Source of the DNA: Rozella allomycis CSF55
Taxonomy: Eukaryota
Length of the DNA stretch: 64,000 bases
Assembly (NCBI GenBank): GCA_000442015.1
Contig: KE561209.1
Span: 493,607-557,606, forward strand
Direction of reading: 5' to 3'
Positions 1 to 12,960 of this stretch are shown in pieces (the first letter of the stretch is position 1; every line of letters starts with the position of its first letter). The notes under the pieces are model-generated. The model did not search any database. It was given only the letters and a program-made list of their open reading frames with translations, and was not told where the DNA came from. The position numbers were made by a program, and so were the translations under genes.

Positions 1-1502
1 CCAAGGGTAGTGTACTTGACATTAACCTTCTTTATCACTGGGAAAGATTTCAATGCTTCCATGACCTCTTTTCTTTCTTCGCTCTTTAAATCTTTCAATA
101 GAGTTTGCTTTGTTTCTTTTGGCAGAGAAACAAACTTTGGAATATCTAAGCCTCCTTTGGCGCCACTAATCGTCAATGACAAATCATGAGTAAGAAATGG
201 AAGTTGCCAAAAGCTAATCGTTGGATTAGGAAGAGCTTGAATTATCATTTGCGAAACCGATATCATTGACAATAAACTCTCATGATGTCCTTTAGCCATT
301 GCAATCTTTATCATAGTTGGAAGAAACTTTATGGATTGTTCCAGAACTTTTTGCTGCTCTTCATGAAATTTCTCTGGGACCTCAACCCTGAAAATATGCG
401 CGTAAATTAAAGTATGAACTTTAACAGCTATAGCATTCGTGAATTTACGAGATAATTCGTAATAATATCCGTTTTTATCAGCAAATCTTTGTAAATCACT
501 CATAAGCTTTTATATTTTAACATTATCTCTTACCTCCTTTAGTTCTTCATGATCAGGAGTAATCAACGTTTCAAATTCAGATGCGCCACTGATTGCTTCA
601 ATAATATCACCAGGAATCATAACATCCTCAATTAAATGATAAAATGTTTTCGCGGATTTCCTGTAAACCTTCATTTTGGTGTATTTTTTCGATTTTGACC
701 ACCATTGACCCTGGTTAACAAAACAAGTGGCTTTGTACAATTTTATAAGGCATAAAAACTGCCATCAAGATTCCATACAGAAATAAAACTTTAAATCCAT
801 TTTCCTGAGAAACAACCCATGCTGGAAGCGCGATGCCTAAAGAAAATGCTACATCAAGAGACTGACTATCGCTTACTTTGTTGTCCATCAGGATTTCCAT
901 ATTCTTCCCAGTTTTTACGAATATCTTCATCAGTCAATGCTTGGTAAGCCTTTGAAATTTGAATAAACTTTTCATTTGCTTCATCCTTCAAGTCATCAGA
1001 AACTTTGTCAGGATGCCTTGTCAATCAACATAACATTACGTACCATTGTTGCGACAATTTGTAAAACTTTTTCTTAATTTCAGCAGGGCTGGCAGTCTAT
1101 CTTTGAGGGACGAAAAACATTACCCTGTCAATTTCTAAAATTTTAAAGGGATCATAAAATTGATCAACTACTTCCGTTGTGTGGATCACATAATAAGAAT
1201 AGCCAGCTACTAAAATTGCAATCAAAAGTAACAAGTTCCTTTTGTTGTCGACAGGGGAGATGCTTACCAAACCCAAGTGTTCTCTTTGTTTTTACGACTT
1301 TCCAGATATCTAACTTTTCTTTGCATAGGTGGAAATTTTGAAGCCTTGCTTTTAGTGTCAACTACATTTTCTATGGTCTAAAAGTGATGGGCATACTTTT
1401 TTTAGTGCACAAGGCATAAAGGCGTTGCAAAATAAAAATCACTGATACTGTTAGAGTGAAAAACGCAAACGTTAAACCAGTTTCATCAAACGTGTACTTC
1501 AT
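1..1502 (-). CDS. SEC63: Translocon subunit Sec63 (J-domain); runs off the window start
   Basis: Starts [15 protein letters not shown], then TM segments, YDPFKILEI and an HPDK J-domain motif after splicing 4 mini-introns; [11 protein letters not shown] motif. Confidence 0.9.
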
Positions 1503-1559
1503 CGAACTGTAAATTTCAGAATGATTGTCAACTTTTGAGGGATATTTCCGTTTTCAGTT

Positions 1560-2638
1560 ATGAGCTGCTTGAATCCATTGGCTATTATTGGTGCTACAGC
1601 AGTCGGAAAATCCAGCATGGCAATAAACGTAGCGAAAATAATAGGGGCTGAAATCATATCGTGTGACAGTGTCCAAGTATCATTCATAGTTTTATAAAAG
1701 ATGGTGTATAGAGATTTAACTATTGGATCTAACAGGGTTGTAAATTACGAAAATGTGCCCCATCACCTAGTAGGGTTTCTAGATCTCGATCAACAATTTT
1801 CTGCTGGTGACTTTTATCGCAGTTGTACACACTTAATAAAAGTAAAAGTTGCCCTAAAACATCACAGGAAATACAATCCAGGAACAAGGTACCTTTGATT
1901 GTTGGCGGCGCCATGTTCTACTTGAAATGGCTTTTTGAAGGCCCTCCCCCAACTCCCTTACCTACCCCGATTAAAATAAGAAAAGAAACAGAAAAATTAA
2001 TAGAAGAAGAAGATAACTGGGATTCAACGTAATGAATTAATGTCGTCGTAAAAGATTTGCTAGGGTTGCAATGATAGATCCTATTTATGCACACACCATT
2101 GGATTCAACAACACTAAAAGGCTATACAGGCCTTTAGAAATATTTAAGATGACTGGAAAAGCAATTTCAGACTATTCTTTGCCAGCCACAAATTCAATTC
2201 GCGAATTGAAAGTACACTGTGTACAACTTCAATTATCTGGGAACACCCTCGTGGACATAATTAACAGGAGGTGTCAAAAGATGATAGAACTGGGTCTTTT
2301 GTCAGTAATAGTTCTTTGATGATTACAAAGTACAGGAAGTGGAAAGATTGATTTCAAAAGGGTACAACCCAAGTAATGCAGAATGGTTCAATTCTATTGG
2401 GTATAAACAGTGTTACAATTATTTCATTCTTGAGGAATCTAAACGAAATTTTGATAAATTGCTTGTTGAATTTCAGAATGCAACAAAGAAATATGCAAAG
2501 CAACAAGAGAGATATTTTAAAAAGAAAATAGATGCATGGTTAATTAAACAGGTGAAATATGATCCTGAAAATAAAAATGAAAACATCTCACAAGAAATCG
2601 TTAACATTTTTCAATCAAATCAAATGAGAAAAATATAA
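1560..2638 (+). CDS. tRNA dimethylallyltransferase (MiaA/IPT family)
   Basis: P-loop IIGATAVGKS, ISCDSVQ-VY, VPHHLVG, PLIVGG, RLYRPLEI, SIGYKQ, YAKQQ; 4 mini-introns. Confidence 0.9.
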
Positions 2639-2717
2639 AATAAAATATGATTAACAGACGTTTATTCTTCTATCTATTTTAAAATTTATCAAAATTTATA
2701 ATTATCGAACTTGATAA

Positions 2718-3965
2718 CTAATTGGAAGTGTCTAGAAACCCCATCACATCATCAACATCTTTTAGCCCTTCTAGAACTTTCAATAGCTGCAAAAGTTCTA
2801 CTTAAAATTTAAATTTAAAAGTACCTGTATCGTTAGGATCGCTAAACCATGAGGTTACAGGCAAAGCGTTTTTTGGATGAAACATGTACGAAGCAGGTGA
2901 ATTGTCAACAATAATTATGTTTTTCAACTCTCTGCCGAGTTTTCCCATGTCTTTCACGAAGATACCTTTGTGATTATGACATGCTTCTCGAAACAATCGA
3001 TGTCGAACAACTTTTTGCTTGTCCAATAAATCTATGACAGGGTCGGCATACTAACAAAGAAATTGTGGAAAATTTACTTTTGCTAAACTTGCAGTGAAGA
3101 CAACAATTTCGTACCACTCGCCAACTCTCTTTAAAAAGTGATCAACGTTGGGTCGTTTCAAAACGTACACGCTATGTATTGTGGAGTCTATCATAACTGG
3201 AATTACAAAATCTGGATTCGGAACAGGTTTAAATGATGAATGAACTAAAGTTTCGTCCAGGTCTAAAACCAAACACTTTTTTCCGGCATCTTGAGGAAGT
3301 ATGGGCTTCAAAAATCCCTATCTTTCTTTATCAGATTATTTACGCTGTTTCTCGTTATAGTCATATCATCGGTCTCGTTCGACGGCAAAGGTAAACTACG
3401 AATAATAGTCTTGTTTTTCTTAATCTCTATGTTTGACGCCAATTTAGCCTTCTTGTCATTTTCAAAGTTCAAGCAACAGGTGAAAAGATTCTTTATCGAA
3501 AAGCTATTTCGCTTAATTTTATCGTCCAATATAGTTGTATTTTCTTTACTGGGATTGATTTGCGTAATAGGATTGTCGTCATCTTTTAACATTGGCAAAT
3601 TTTCAGGAATTGTTGCTACTCTACTATTTGGTGGTTCTACAATAACTGGAATATCCTTGGCCAAAACCGTTCCTTCTAATCATTTTTCTTAAAACATATT
3701 ATTACTAGAACTTCCAACGGGCGAACTAGATTCTGAAGAGCGTCTACTACTTCGAGATGATTCTCTTTTTATTGCTATTTTTTCATGTGAATTAAAATTA
3801 CTGTGGCGTATGGAAACTCTTGATGGCGCTGGTGGAATGGCTACGCGGATTCCTATTCATGTATTTTAAAAATGATATACTTGCACTACTAGCTCGGCTT
3901 CTATCAGATATCGACCTCCGATCCGATATGTCGGGGCTTTGTGAGTCCGTCGAAACCGAGTTCAT
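2718..3965 (-). CDS. SCP/CTDSP (Psr1-like) HAD phosphatase
   Basis: [40 protein letters not shown] in the N-terminal region. Confidence 0.92.
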
Positions 3966-4027
3966 CAGTGGCGTAGTTACTCAAACACTCGCTCAAAATA
4001 TAGATTTTACACAGTTGATCAAATATA

Positions 4028-4644
4028 TTATTTATTTTTCGCACTCTTTGCATTTTTTACAATATGATTGTATATTCTAGCCAATGCTAATATAAGAAAA
4101 TGAAGTTGCATTTACTGACTTCTAAAGTTGTTATTTGCTCACGAAGATAGTACGCATCTGCATCTAACTGTTTGATACTCTTTTCAGCAATAGCTTGCTT
4201 CCCCAATAAGAGATCTTTTGCCTCATTAATTTCGTATTCAACCATGACGTTTGCCTATTTGAGAAAGAATACATAATAGTTACCCCGAGCCACAAACAAA
4301 CTTTATCAGTAACTGGTAAAGTAGCATTAGCATAAAGAGTATCGCTTAGCTCAAACCTAGTTTCTAAGGCCTGGTCTTTGTCCTCGTCTCTCTTTTCAAG
4401 AATGTAATCGATAGCACTAATAGATTTCTTAATTTCAGGAAGTTTGCCGCCTATTTTCATCTTTCTTTGAAGAATGTTAATTTCTGCGTGCTTGATTCTG
4501 TTTAACATTTCATCATAAGACTTCATTGCTTCCTCAGGTGTTTTTCCCTCTTGAAAATATTGCTCAACATTTTCCTGAATATTTAACATAAATATAACTT
4601 ACAAAGAAAGGCGCTTTTGGTATGGTCTCCTGGATGGTAGTCAT
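4028..4644 (-). CDS. PAC10: Prefoldin subunit 3 (VBP1/Pac10)
   Basis: IPKAPF, FELSDTLYANA, VCLWLG-ANVMVEY, TTLEVTLARIYN after splicing. Confidence 0.92.
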
Positions 4645-4672
4645 TTTTCTTTGCAAATTTCTAAAAACGCTC

Positions 4673-5418
4673 ATGGAATTTCAACCAGAGAGAAAAAAGG
4701 TAAATGAATATATATATTTGAAAATGGGGCACTATACTTTACAGACCTATTCTCTATGGGTCAAAAGCGACACCCATAGAAAATCCGGCGGTGGACGGTC
4801 ACACGCATAGGTGGACTATTTTTGTAAGAACAGTGGTTCCAAATGAGGAAGCCGGATCTTTTATCAGAAAAGTAGTTTTTCGACTACATGAGTCATTTAA
4901 TAATCCTGTTAGAAGTACGTCATGAATCCATGCATTACCAAGGCATAGAAAAGGAGCCATTTGAAATCCAAGAAACAGGTAACTTCATCAAAGAAAAAAT
5001 AGAGGATGGGGTGAATTCGACATAAATATCAAAATATATCCTCTTGACCCTACAGAGAAACCAGTTAGTCTTACTTTACCATTAAAACTATTTCCAGGCG
5101 ACGATACAATAACTTTACCAGACTCCACTATATTAAATGAAAGGTAATTCAAAGTCATGTAATTAAAAATGGTACGAAGAGCTAGTTTTTCATGAGCCTA
5201 CGACATTTATGTATCAGATTCTTACAGAAGATTCAACTGAAGATTACTCATCACATTTGCCGAATGAATGTAATTTCTTTTCCATTTAATAATAAGGGAA
5301 GAAAAGGGAAGAGGACGAAATCCAAAACATACGATTAGTGATGAGCGAAGTAGAAAAAGAAATTAAAATTCTTGAACGTAAAAAGGAAGAATTACAAAGT
5401 GAGCTACGTATGCTATAA
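4673..5418 (+). CDS. YAF9: YEATS-domain protein (Yaf9/GAS41)
   Basis: RPILYG, HTHRWTIFVR, FIRKVVFRLHESF, PFEIQETGWGEF, YEELVFHEP and a C-terminal coiled coil; 5 introns, two with non-AG ends. Missed by the ORF track. Confidence 0.92.
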
Positions 5419-5556
5419 TATTAGAACAATAAAATCTATATCATGGTTGCTATTTATAACGATTGGTTTAAAATTTATTTTCACTTTGTACCAATCATAC
5501 TTTTGCATGATACTTCTAGCTATATATAATACGAAAGTGTAATTTTTTATTTCAAG

Positions 5557-6094
5557 ATTCACCAAAATTACTTCTATCAAATCACTTCGTGAAAAAGCTA
5601 GACATTTTCTCCATTGTCGCTCTTATCATATATGCCTTTTAATATTGATTCTACTGGATTTGATATTGCTATTTTCTGAACACATAATGTTGATTCTGGA
5701 AAAGCAAATGTCGACAAACGTGACTAAGAATTCTCAATCACATCAAAAAAAGTATGAGAACATAGAGAAGTGTTTGTCAAGCGCTAGTATAATCATAGTC
5801 TCTATATTTTTGTTTGAAATAATCCTGGCGATATTCGCGAGAGGGATTAAGTACTTTAAAAGCGTTGCCAATATTTTGGAAACCATCATTATACTAGGCG
5901 CCTTTATCATCGAGGTAGTTTTGCCGAAAAACTTTAAGGAAATAGGTTCAATGTTGATCTGCACCCGTATTATAAAACTTTTCCGATTGATGATGGTTGT
6001 CGCTGATACCACAAAGGAAGTAAGCGAAAAACAGATTCAAGCGTTACAAATCAAAATAAAAGATCTTGAAAAACAAATTCAAGTAACTAAATAA
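5557..6094 (+). CDS. Voltage-gated proton channel Hv1-like protein (true start not resolved)
   Basis: LREKARHFLH...ILILLDL (S1 Asp), IFLFEIILAIFA (S2), S4-like TRIIKLFR, C-terminal coiled coil, no pore domain. Confidence 0.7.
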
Positions 6095-6101
6095 AATATA
6101 T

Positions 6102-7379
6102 TTATCGTATAAAGACAAAAATAAAACTAAATATCGTCCCGGTTAAACTAATGACAATAAACAAAATTTCAACAGCGATAAAGCTACCAAATTGAACTCT
6201 TACGTAAGCAACTAGCAACGGAAACAAACTGAGTGCCATGTTCAAAAATACTGACACTAGACCGTAAGCCTTTCCGACGGTATTTACATCTACAATTACT
6301 GACACTAGTGGCCATGAAACAGCTGCTAGTAAAGAATATGATAATCCAAATATTAAAAGGCATACAATAACATGAGCATTTGTAAAAGCAAACATAAAGT
6401 GAGAAATTGCAATAAATATGGAGGCAATGGGCAAAATATATTTGCTGTTGAAACTCGATTTGTCTAAAATATATCCCAAGAATGGATTCAATACTGCTGA
6501 CAACAAATCAGGAAGTGCCATATACTTGCCAGCTTCAGTGTTTGAAAAATTATATTTGAATTGATAAAAGTCAGATGAAATATGCACAAATGGATTTATA
6601 GCCCCGTAAGAAAACATAACAACTAAGATGAGTATATAAAACTTGATTGGAAAGCCAAGTAACAAGCGCTCTCGAATTCCATCATGTTTAGTGGTGTTAA
6701 ATTCTTCATTTTCCTCGTCTAAATCCCGATTTTCCAATTTCTCATAACTTTGCATTTGATATTTAAATCGCTTGTGTAATTTTACAAGTATTAAAGCACA
6801 TGCGAATCCAAAAACACACATTCCAAACCCAACCCAATTAGCGGCAAGTATTCCTTTCGCATTTGCAATTATAGGTGACAAATTGTCAGTAGAGACGGAG
6901 GCTAAACGTACTATCGTTAAATTTATTCCGAGTGCGAGCGATAAATATTTTTCTCTAAAAGTATTCAGATACAATACTGGTTTGCGATACTTCAAGCGTC
7001 TCACCGCCCAATCCAAATACAAATCTTCCTAGAAGCATGGTTGGAAAAGATTTTAAAGTCAAGCCAATTGAAAAGATAAAATGGCCGAACACAACTAGAA
7101 TGCCAAAAACAATTAATGTTGTTGTTGTTCCATATTTGTCAACTAAAATCCCGCCTATTAATGGCAAAATCGTATTTGGAAACGAATATACGCTATATAA
7201 CAAATTCAATTGGTATTGATGCTCATCATAAGTTGTATTCATGTATTTATGAATAGGCTTGTTTAATGAAGCAGGTATGTCATAGCACTATTTCACTTAC
7301 AAATAAACCTTACGTAGTAAGACCCAAAAACAATGAAACACGAGAAAAATAGAATTATCCATTGATCATATTTAGACAT
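6102..7379 (-). CDS. MFS transporter (MFSD1-like); apparent 1-nt frameshift near 6957
   Basis: FGSYYCYDIP, LLYSVYSFPNTILPLIGGILVD, GRFVFGLGGE; many TM segments. Confidence 0.85.
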
Positions 7380-7503
7380 TGATAATACGCCACAAACATA
7401 GATTTAGTAAAAGTATGAAGGAAATCATATCTATCGCGGCGAAATCAGCATCAAGACATGTCAAATCAATATTTTGATGCGAAAACATAAACAAAAGGAC
7501 ATT

Positions 7504-9923
7504 ATGACAACGTATGAGGATTCCGTTTATCAACGCCAATTATCTGGCAATGAAAGTGTGCCCAGTAAAGGGCCAATTTTTGGAAGCGGAGGATTTGAAA
7601 ATAAGAAGTCATCAGAGTAACATATTGAACGCTGAATCACAGAAAAGAAGAATTTAATATTGAGAATGCTAAAAGAGCAATTCATTATGATAAAAGAAAA
7701 ATTGTGTTCATATGCGTAATTAAGTGCTTCTTTCGTTTCTTAGGTGTGTTTCATGTTTTTTGTGTTCTCTCTTGGGATCATTATAGCATCCAAGATGAAC
7801 TGGATTAGCAATGTCTACTCTGGCAGCATCTCTTTATGTAATTACTATGGGGTGAATTGATTAAAGTTATTTCAGTTTGTTGGATAACGGTCCAATTGTG
7901 TAGACTTTCATTTACCAGCTATTCAATTTTGTATGCAACTTTGATCCCTTTCTCTGTCCTCCAGTTTGTGGCTCGAGAATCTCGGGGCTCCTTAACCTTA
8001 ATTTGGCTTTGTTGCCTTATACAAATAGTATTTCATGTTGTACGCTTTACCGACAATAGGCATAAGTTTCTTATTTTTCTTTATAATGGTAAAAATAGAG
8101 GGATACCAAAACAGTTGTACACATGGTCATTGAATTGGCTTACACTGATATAATGAAGTCGGATAATGCGTCAACAATACATCCTCTCTTTAAGCCTCTT
8201 AAAATTGATTCTGCATTGAACACGGGATGGATTAAAATATATTTCTTTTTTATTACTTCGCTAATGATATATCCATTATACAGATTTCAAAAGTACTTCA
8301 ATGATACGTTGATTAGTCGTGAAACACGATTCTACAAATTGCAAAATACAAACAACGAACTATTGAAACAGATTTACCGGTAATTCTTAGATTTGACAGG
8401 GAAAGAAAAAAGTCAAAGGTGGATGACTTGAATTCACCCTTGAACTACGTAATTGATAAGATCAAGTTGTTGAATACTATGTGTAAATGGAGATGTGATT
8501 TAATAAAGTAAACGACCCTAAAGATCAGGAAGAAATGGAACAAGTTCTATTCACCTTGGCTAGCAATGAATTTTACGTTCCGAATTTTAAAGAATTGCAA
8601 TCTGGTAGCGCTTGTTAAAATTCGATTTATCAGATGAAGAAGTGTTTTCGTATTTAAACAATTTTGTACCCGACGTTCTATCAAAGTCTTCAACATGGCA
8701 AACTGCGTCAAGCGCTTCACCTAGCACAGTATCTCAGCCTTTAGTATTATTTCGTAGTTTCTACAAAGCGATTCAATGATTTTTTCAAATACATTACTTC
8801 CTGTTGAATCAGAAGAGAGGGTTCTTGAATCTTCAATCCACTGTCCACAATTGGCATTGTCATTTATTAATGACAGTGTAGACCAATGGGAATTCGATGT
8901 TTTTGTTTTTAATGAGTTGAGTGAAGGTAAAAAAAGTAGATATTTGTTAAAAGGAAAACCTCTAAAAACTTTATCTTACGTTCTGTTTGAAAAATACAAA
9001 TTCTTTTCCACTTTTAAAGTCGACATATCGATGTTTTTTCGTTACATTGATATGATTGAGTCTAAATATGAAGTAACACCAAGGATCCTTAATTATGTAG
9101 AATAATCCCTATCACAATCACATACATGCGACTGATGTCCTTCAAACTGTACACTCATTAGTTACAAACCATAACTTAATTGAGCTTTTGACCATAGAGG
9201 TAACATCATCTAACTATCTGATATTTTCTTAGGATTGTTTCATCCTGCTACTGTCTGCTGTTGTTCACGATGTTCAACACCCAGGTGTTAACAATTCATT
9301 CATGATAAACTCAAGTTCTCCATTAGCATTAAAATACAATGACATGTCCGTTTTAGAGAATATGCATTGTTACGTTGCATTTTCTACAATGCTAGAAAAG
9401 GACTTGAATATTTTAAATGGATTTTCGCGAGATCAGTACAGACGAGTACGGTCAGGTATTATATCTACGGTGCTCGCAACCGATATGGCCAAGCATTACG
9501 AATACATTACTAAATTCAAAAATAAAATTTCTGGAAACGGTAAGCTCAAAATAGGAGATTTTAAGAGGATTCTCTATTAATGATGTTAAAGATAGACAAT
9601 TAATCATGGATATGACTATTAAATGTGCGGATATAAGCAATCCTTCAAAGCCGCATTATATCGCTTACAAATGGTCCAATTTGATTCTGGATGAGTTTTT
9701 TCAGCAAGGAGATAAAGAAAAGAAATTGGGCATACCAGTTTCCATGTTTATGGATAGGCAATCTACAAATATGGCAAAATGCCAATTAGGCTTTATAGAT
9801 TACATCGTTTTACCTTTATATGAGGCATGGGATCTGTACATGGTTGAGAATGGTGATCATCGATATTTAGACAACATTCACTCTAATAGAGACTATTGGG
9901 AAGAAGAAATAAAGCGGCATTAA
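7504..9923 (+). CDS. Class I cyclic nucleotide phosphodiesterase with N-terminal TM segments
   Basis: NPYHNHIHATDVLQ, HDVQHPG, YNDMSVLENMH, LATDM, IKCADISNP, EFFQQGD, QLGFIDYIV; GT-AG mini-introns join the hydrophobic N-terminal exons in frame. Confidence 0.9.
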
Positions 9924-9927
9924 ACAT

Positions 9928-10746
9928 TTATAATGGTTTATTAATTTTTTGCAATTCAATAAGAGGATTTCCTTGAAAGTCTTCATCTTTCAAACCCAAA
10001 ATTAGTTTCGAGCCGTACCTAAATAGTTTAGAGACTTAATTTTACAAGCCTATAATTCCCGTGTTATTTATCAAATCATTAATTAAAGCGCCTTCTTTTG
10101 ACATGTTAAATTTCTTTGATGACATATTGAAGATTAACATGACAAGGGCAATAATTTTTTCTGATTGGTGCCGTAAGGAATCAAGTCTATAATAGAGACT
10201 GAACAAAATAGAAAAATCTAGCCTTGAAATGGAATCTTTGCAAACATAGAAATTCGTTTCATAAAATGGTGCATTGGGTCCAGGGTCTTTCATGGGGATT
10301 AAGAATAATTTGTAAAGCAAATAAGCTGCTTTAACGATTAATAATTCATCTGATAAAGTAATTAAACGGCCAATATATGAGCTTAAAATTTGGTAAAACT
10401 TTTTTGTAACCAAAGGATTAGTATTTGGCGTTAATCTGTACAGGAGCCCAAATTGTTCAACGACGGAAGCATAAAATACTTTTTCTTCTTTCGTAGATCC
10501 TGCTGTAACGCAAAGAAAATCTCTTTCCAGTTGCATCCTTTGTTTTGAAGAATCATTTGCAAGGGAATTGTATAATTCAAGACCAATCCATCTCTCTTAA
10601 CATTAGAATAATTTAATACAATTGCAAATTGTTTATCTTCCAGAACTTCGCTCTTTATCATCAACTTTATTCTTTCAACTAGTTTTTCTCTTTCAAGATT
10701 TTCTAGTCCTTGATTTTTTTTCTTAACATTAATTAATATTTATAAT
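9928..10746 (-). CDS. 3' part of the uncharacterised gene that begins at 20179
   Basis: Spliced ORFs; 10674-10746 is near-identical to 18191-18263, the end of the upstream part. Confidence 0.65.
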
Positions 10747-10747
10747 N

Positions 10748-12960
10748 CTACTAACTCCGAATCAGGAGAAACTTTACCTGGAATTGAAGTTTGAAAATGA
10801 AGACGCTCGAGAAAACTTTCATTGTGTCAGGAACTTTCTATCTCAAGTTGCACAACGTGAAGAAGCACAAGCAAGAACAACTGAGTTGAGAAAGGCATGG
10901 AAAGCAGGNGCATCCAAGTGAGATCATTACCTTCTTAAAGAACAAATATGGAAGACGAGACCTACAACTACAAAACTCGCTGCGAATGAAGATAAACAAC
11001 CTCTATCAAGAAGAGAATGAACCATTAACGGATTCCCTGAGAAGATATGATGAAGTATACAATGAATTCAAGAATGTGGGAGGTAAGGCGATGGATTATG
11101 AACTTGTGAATATGCTGAATCAAACGCTACTAACTCCGAATCAGGAGAAACTTTACCTGGAATTGAAGTTTGAAAATGAAGACGCTCGAGAAAACTTTCA
11201 TTGTGTCAGGAACTTTCTATCTCAAGTTGCACAACGTGAAGAAGCACAAGCAAGAACAACTGAGTTGAGAAAGGCATGGAAAGCAGGTCAAACAACAATG
11301 CATCAACTAGAAACCAAGGAGGAAGACGATGTAGCAATGATTACGAAACAAGTGAAGTCAATGAACTTTAGGCGACAAAGCCAAAGGACGAAGAAACGAG
11401 ATGGTACACTGGAAGATGCTACGTATGCGATGAAACAGGACATCGTAAGTTTGATTGCCCACTTTGGAAGAAACTGACTGCCAAAGAAAATGGGAAGGCG
11501 AGGCGAGAAGCCAAACCAAAGGAACAAGCCAATATGGCCGATGAAGATTCATCAAGTGATGAAAGTGAGATTGCATTAATTATGCGAGACGATGAAGAAG
11601 AAAGAACCATGATGATTATTGAAAGTGAGAATGAATATGTTGAATGGATAGTGGATTCGGGTGCGACGTCACACATGTCATCACACCGTGAATTGTTCGA
11701 GAATAACGTTGAGAAGAAAAACGCAAGAAGCGTATCAACGGCGGGAACAGAAACTATGAAAATTGAAGGATCTGGAGAAATACCACTTCGAGTTAAGAAT
11801 AGCAAGGGAGAAATAAAAGAGGTTAGGTTATACAATGTTTTACATGTTCCTTCAATGAATTCAAATTTAATGTCTATACCAAAGTTGTTGAAAAACCCTG
11901 AAATCACCGTTATAATGGAACAGGAAATGTGTAGTGTGAGAAGACGTGAGTGTGAGATCATGAGAGGTAAGCTGGAGAGACAGCTATTCACGATAAAAAC
12001 AATGAAGCGTGAGACGCGAGCGCTAAATGTAAGCGAAAAGACGAATGAAATGGACATATGGCACCGACGATTGGGACATGTGTGCGAATCATATCTGAGA
12101 CAAATGAGTAAGATTGATGTGGTGGAAGGCATACCATTGTTCAAGGAAAATAAATCACTATCGTTTTGTCACACATGTGCGAAACATAAGGCTAGAAGGG
12201 CACCATTTAAGGGAGCCCTAGTAAGAGAAATGACAATTGGCGCCAAACTACATACAGACATAATGGGACCTATGGAGAAGGAGACAATATTAACAATGAT
12301 TGATGACCACTCGAGAAAATGTTTTATTCATTTGATACCCAAGAAGTCGGACGCTAAAGACAAAGTAACGTCATTGAAACAATCAACGAGATCGAAACTC
12401 AAACTGGAGAGAAAGTAAAAGAGATAAGAAGTGATACTGGTGGAGAATATCTTGACAAGGAATTTAAGAGGGAATTAAAAAAACGGGGCATCATTCACAC
12501 CACTACAGATGCTCACACCCCAGAAATGAACCCTGTCGCCGAGAGGATGAATAGAACAATAATTGAAAAAGTGAGATGTCTATTGGAGGATGGGAACCTA
12601 CCTAAAGAATTTTGGGGTGAGATGGCGAATACTGCATGTTACATTCAAAATAGAACACCCGCTAAAATTTTGGGCGGGAAAACCCCAGAGGAAATCTACA
12701 GCGGTACAAAACCGGACGTGAGTCATATGAGAGAGATTGGAAGCGCTTGTTATGTACACATCGACACGAGCAAGAGATCCAAGTTAGACGGGAAGGCGGA
12801 GATACATTACTTGGTAGGATACGGTCATGGTCACAGAATGTTCAGAGTACGTGTCGGGAAAACGAATAAAGTGAAAAGAACAAAACATGTTAGATTTATT
12901 GATGAGAACGAGGATGAAAATGAGGATGAGACGGAAGAAGTTGAATTCGAAAGGGTTATC
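10748..12960 (+). mobile_element. Truncated, frameshifted Ty1/copia retrotransposon (gag, protease, integrase; no RT or RNase H seen)
   Basis: Zinc knuckle CYVCDETGHRKFDC, WIVDSGATSHM, WHRRLGH, HTDIMGP, IRSDTGGEY, NPVAERMNRTI; protease-integrase order; frameshifts near 11370 and 12370. Confidence 0.93.

Noticed and set aside
10408-10480. Possible extra GG-ending intron in the unknown gene
   Set aside because: A canonical 44-nt GT-AG intron also restores the frame and there is no homologue to decide
11366-11373. CTTTAGGC near the copia gag frameshift, resembling the Ty1 CTTAGGC +1 site
   Set aside because: The shift needed is -1, it falls before the zinc knuckle, and the element has other lesions; a simple mutation is more likely
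11419-12144. 241-aa antisense ORF
   Set aside because: Shadow of the purine-rich copia pol strand; no recognisable motifs
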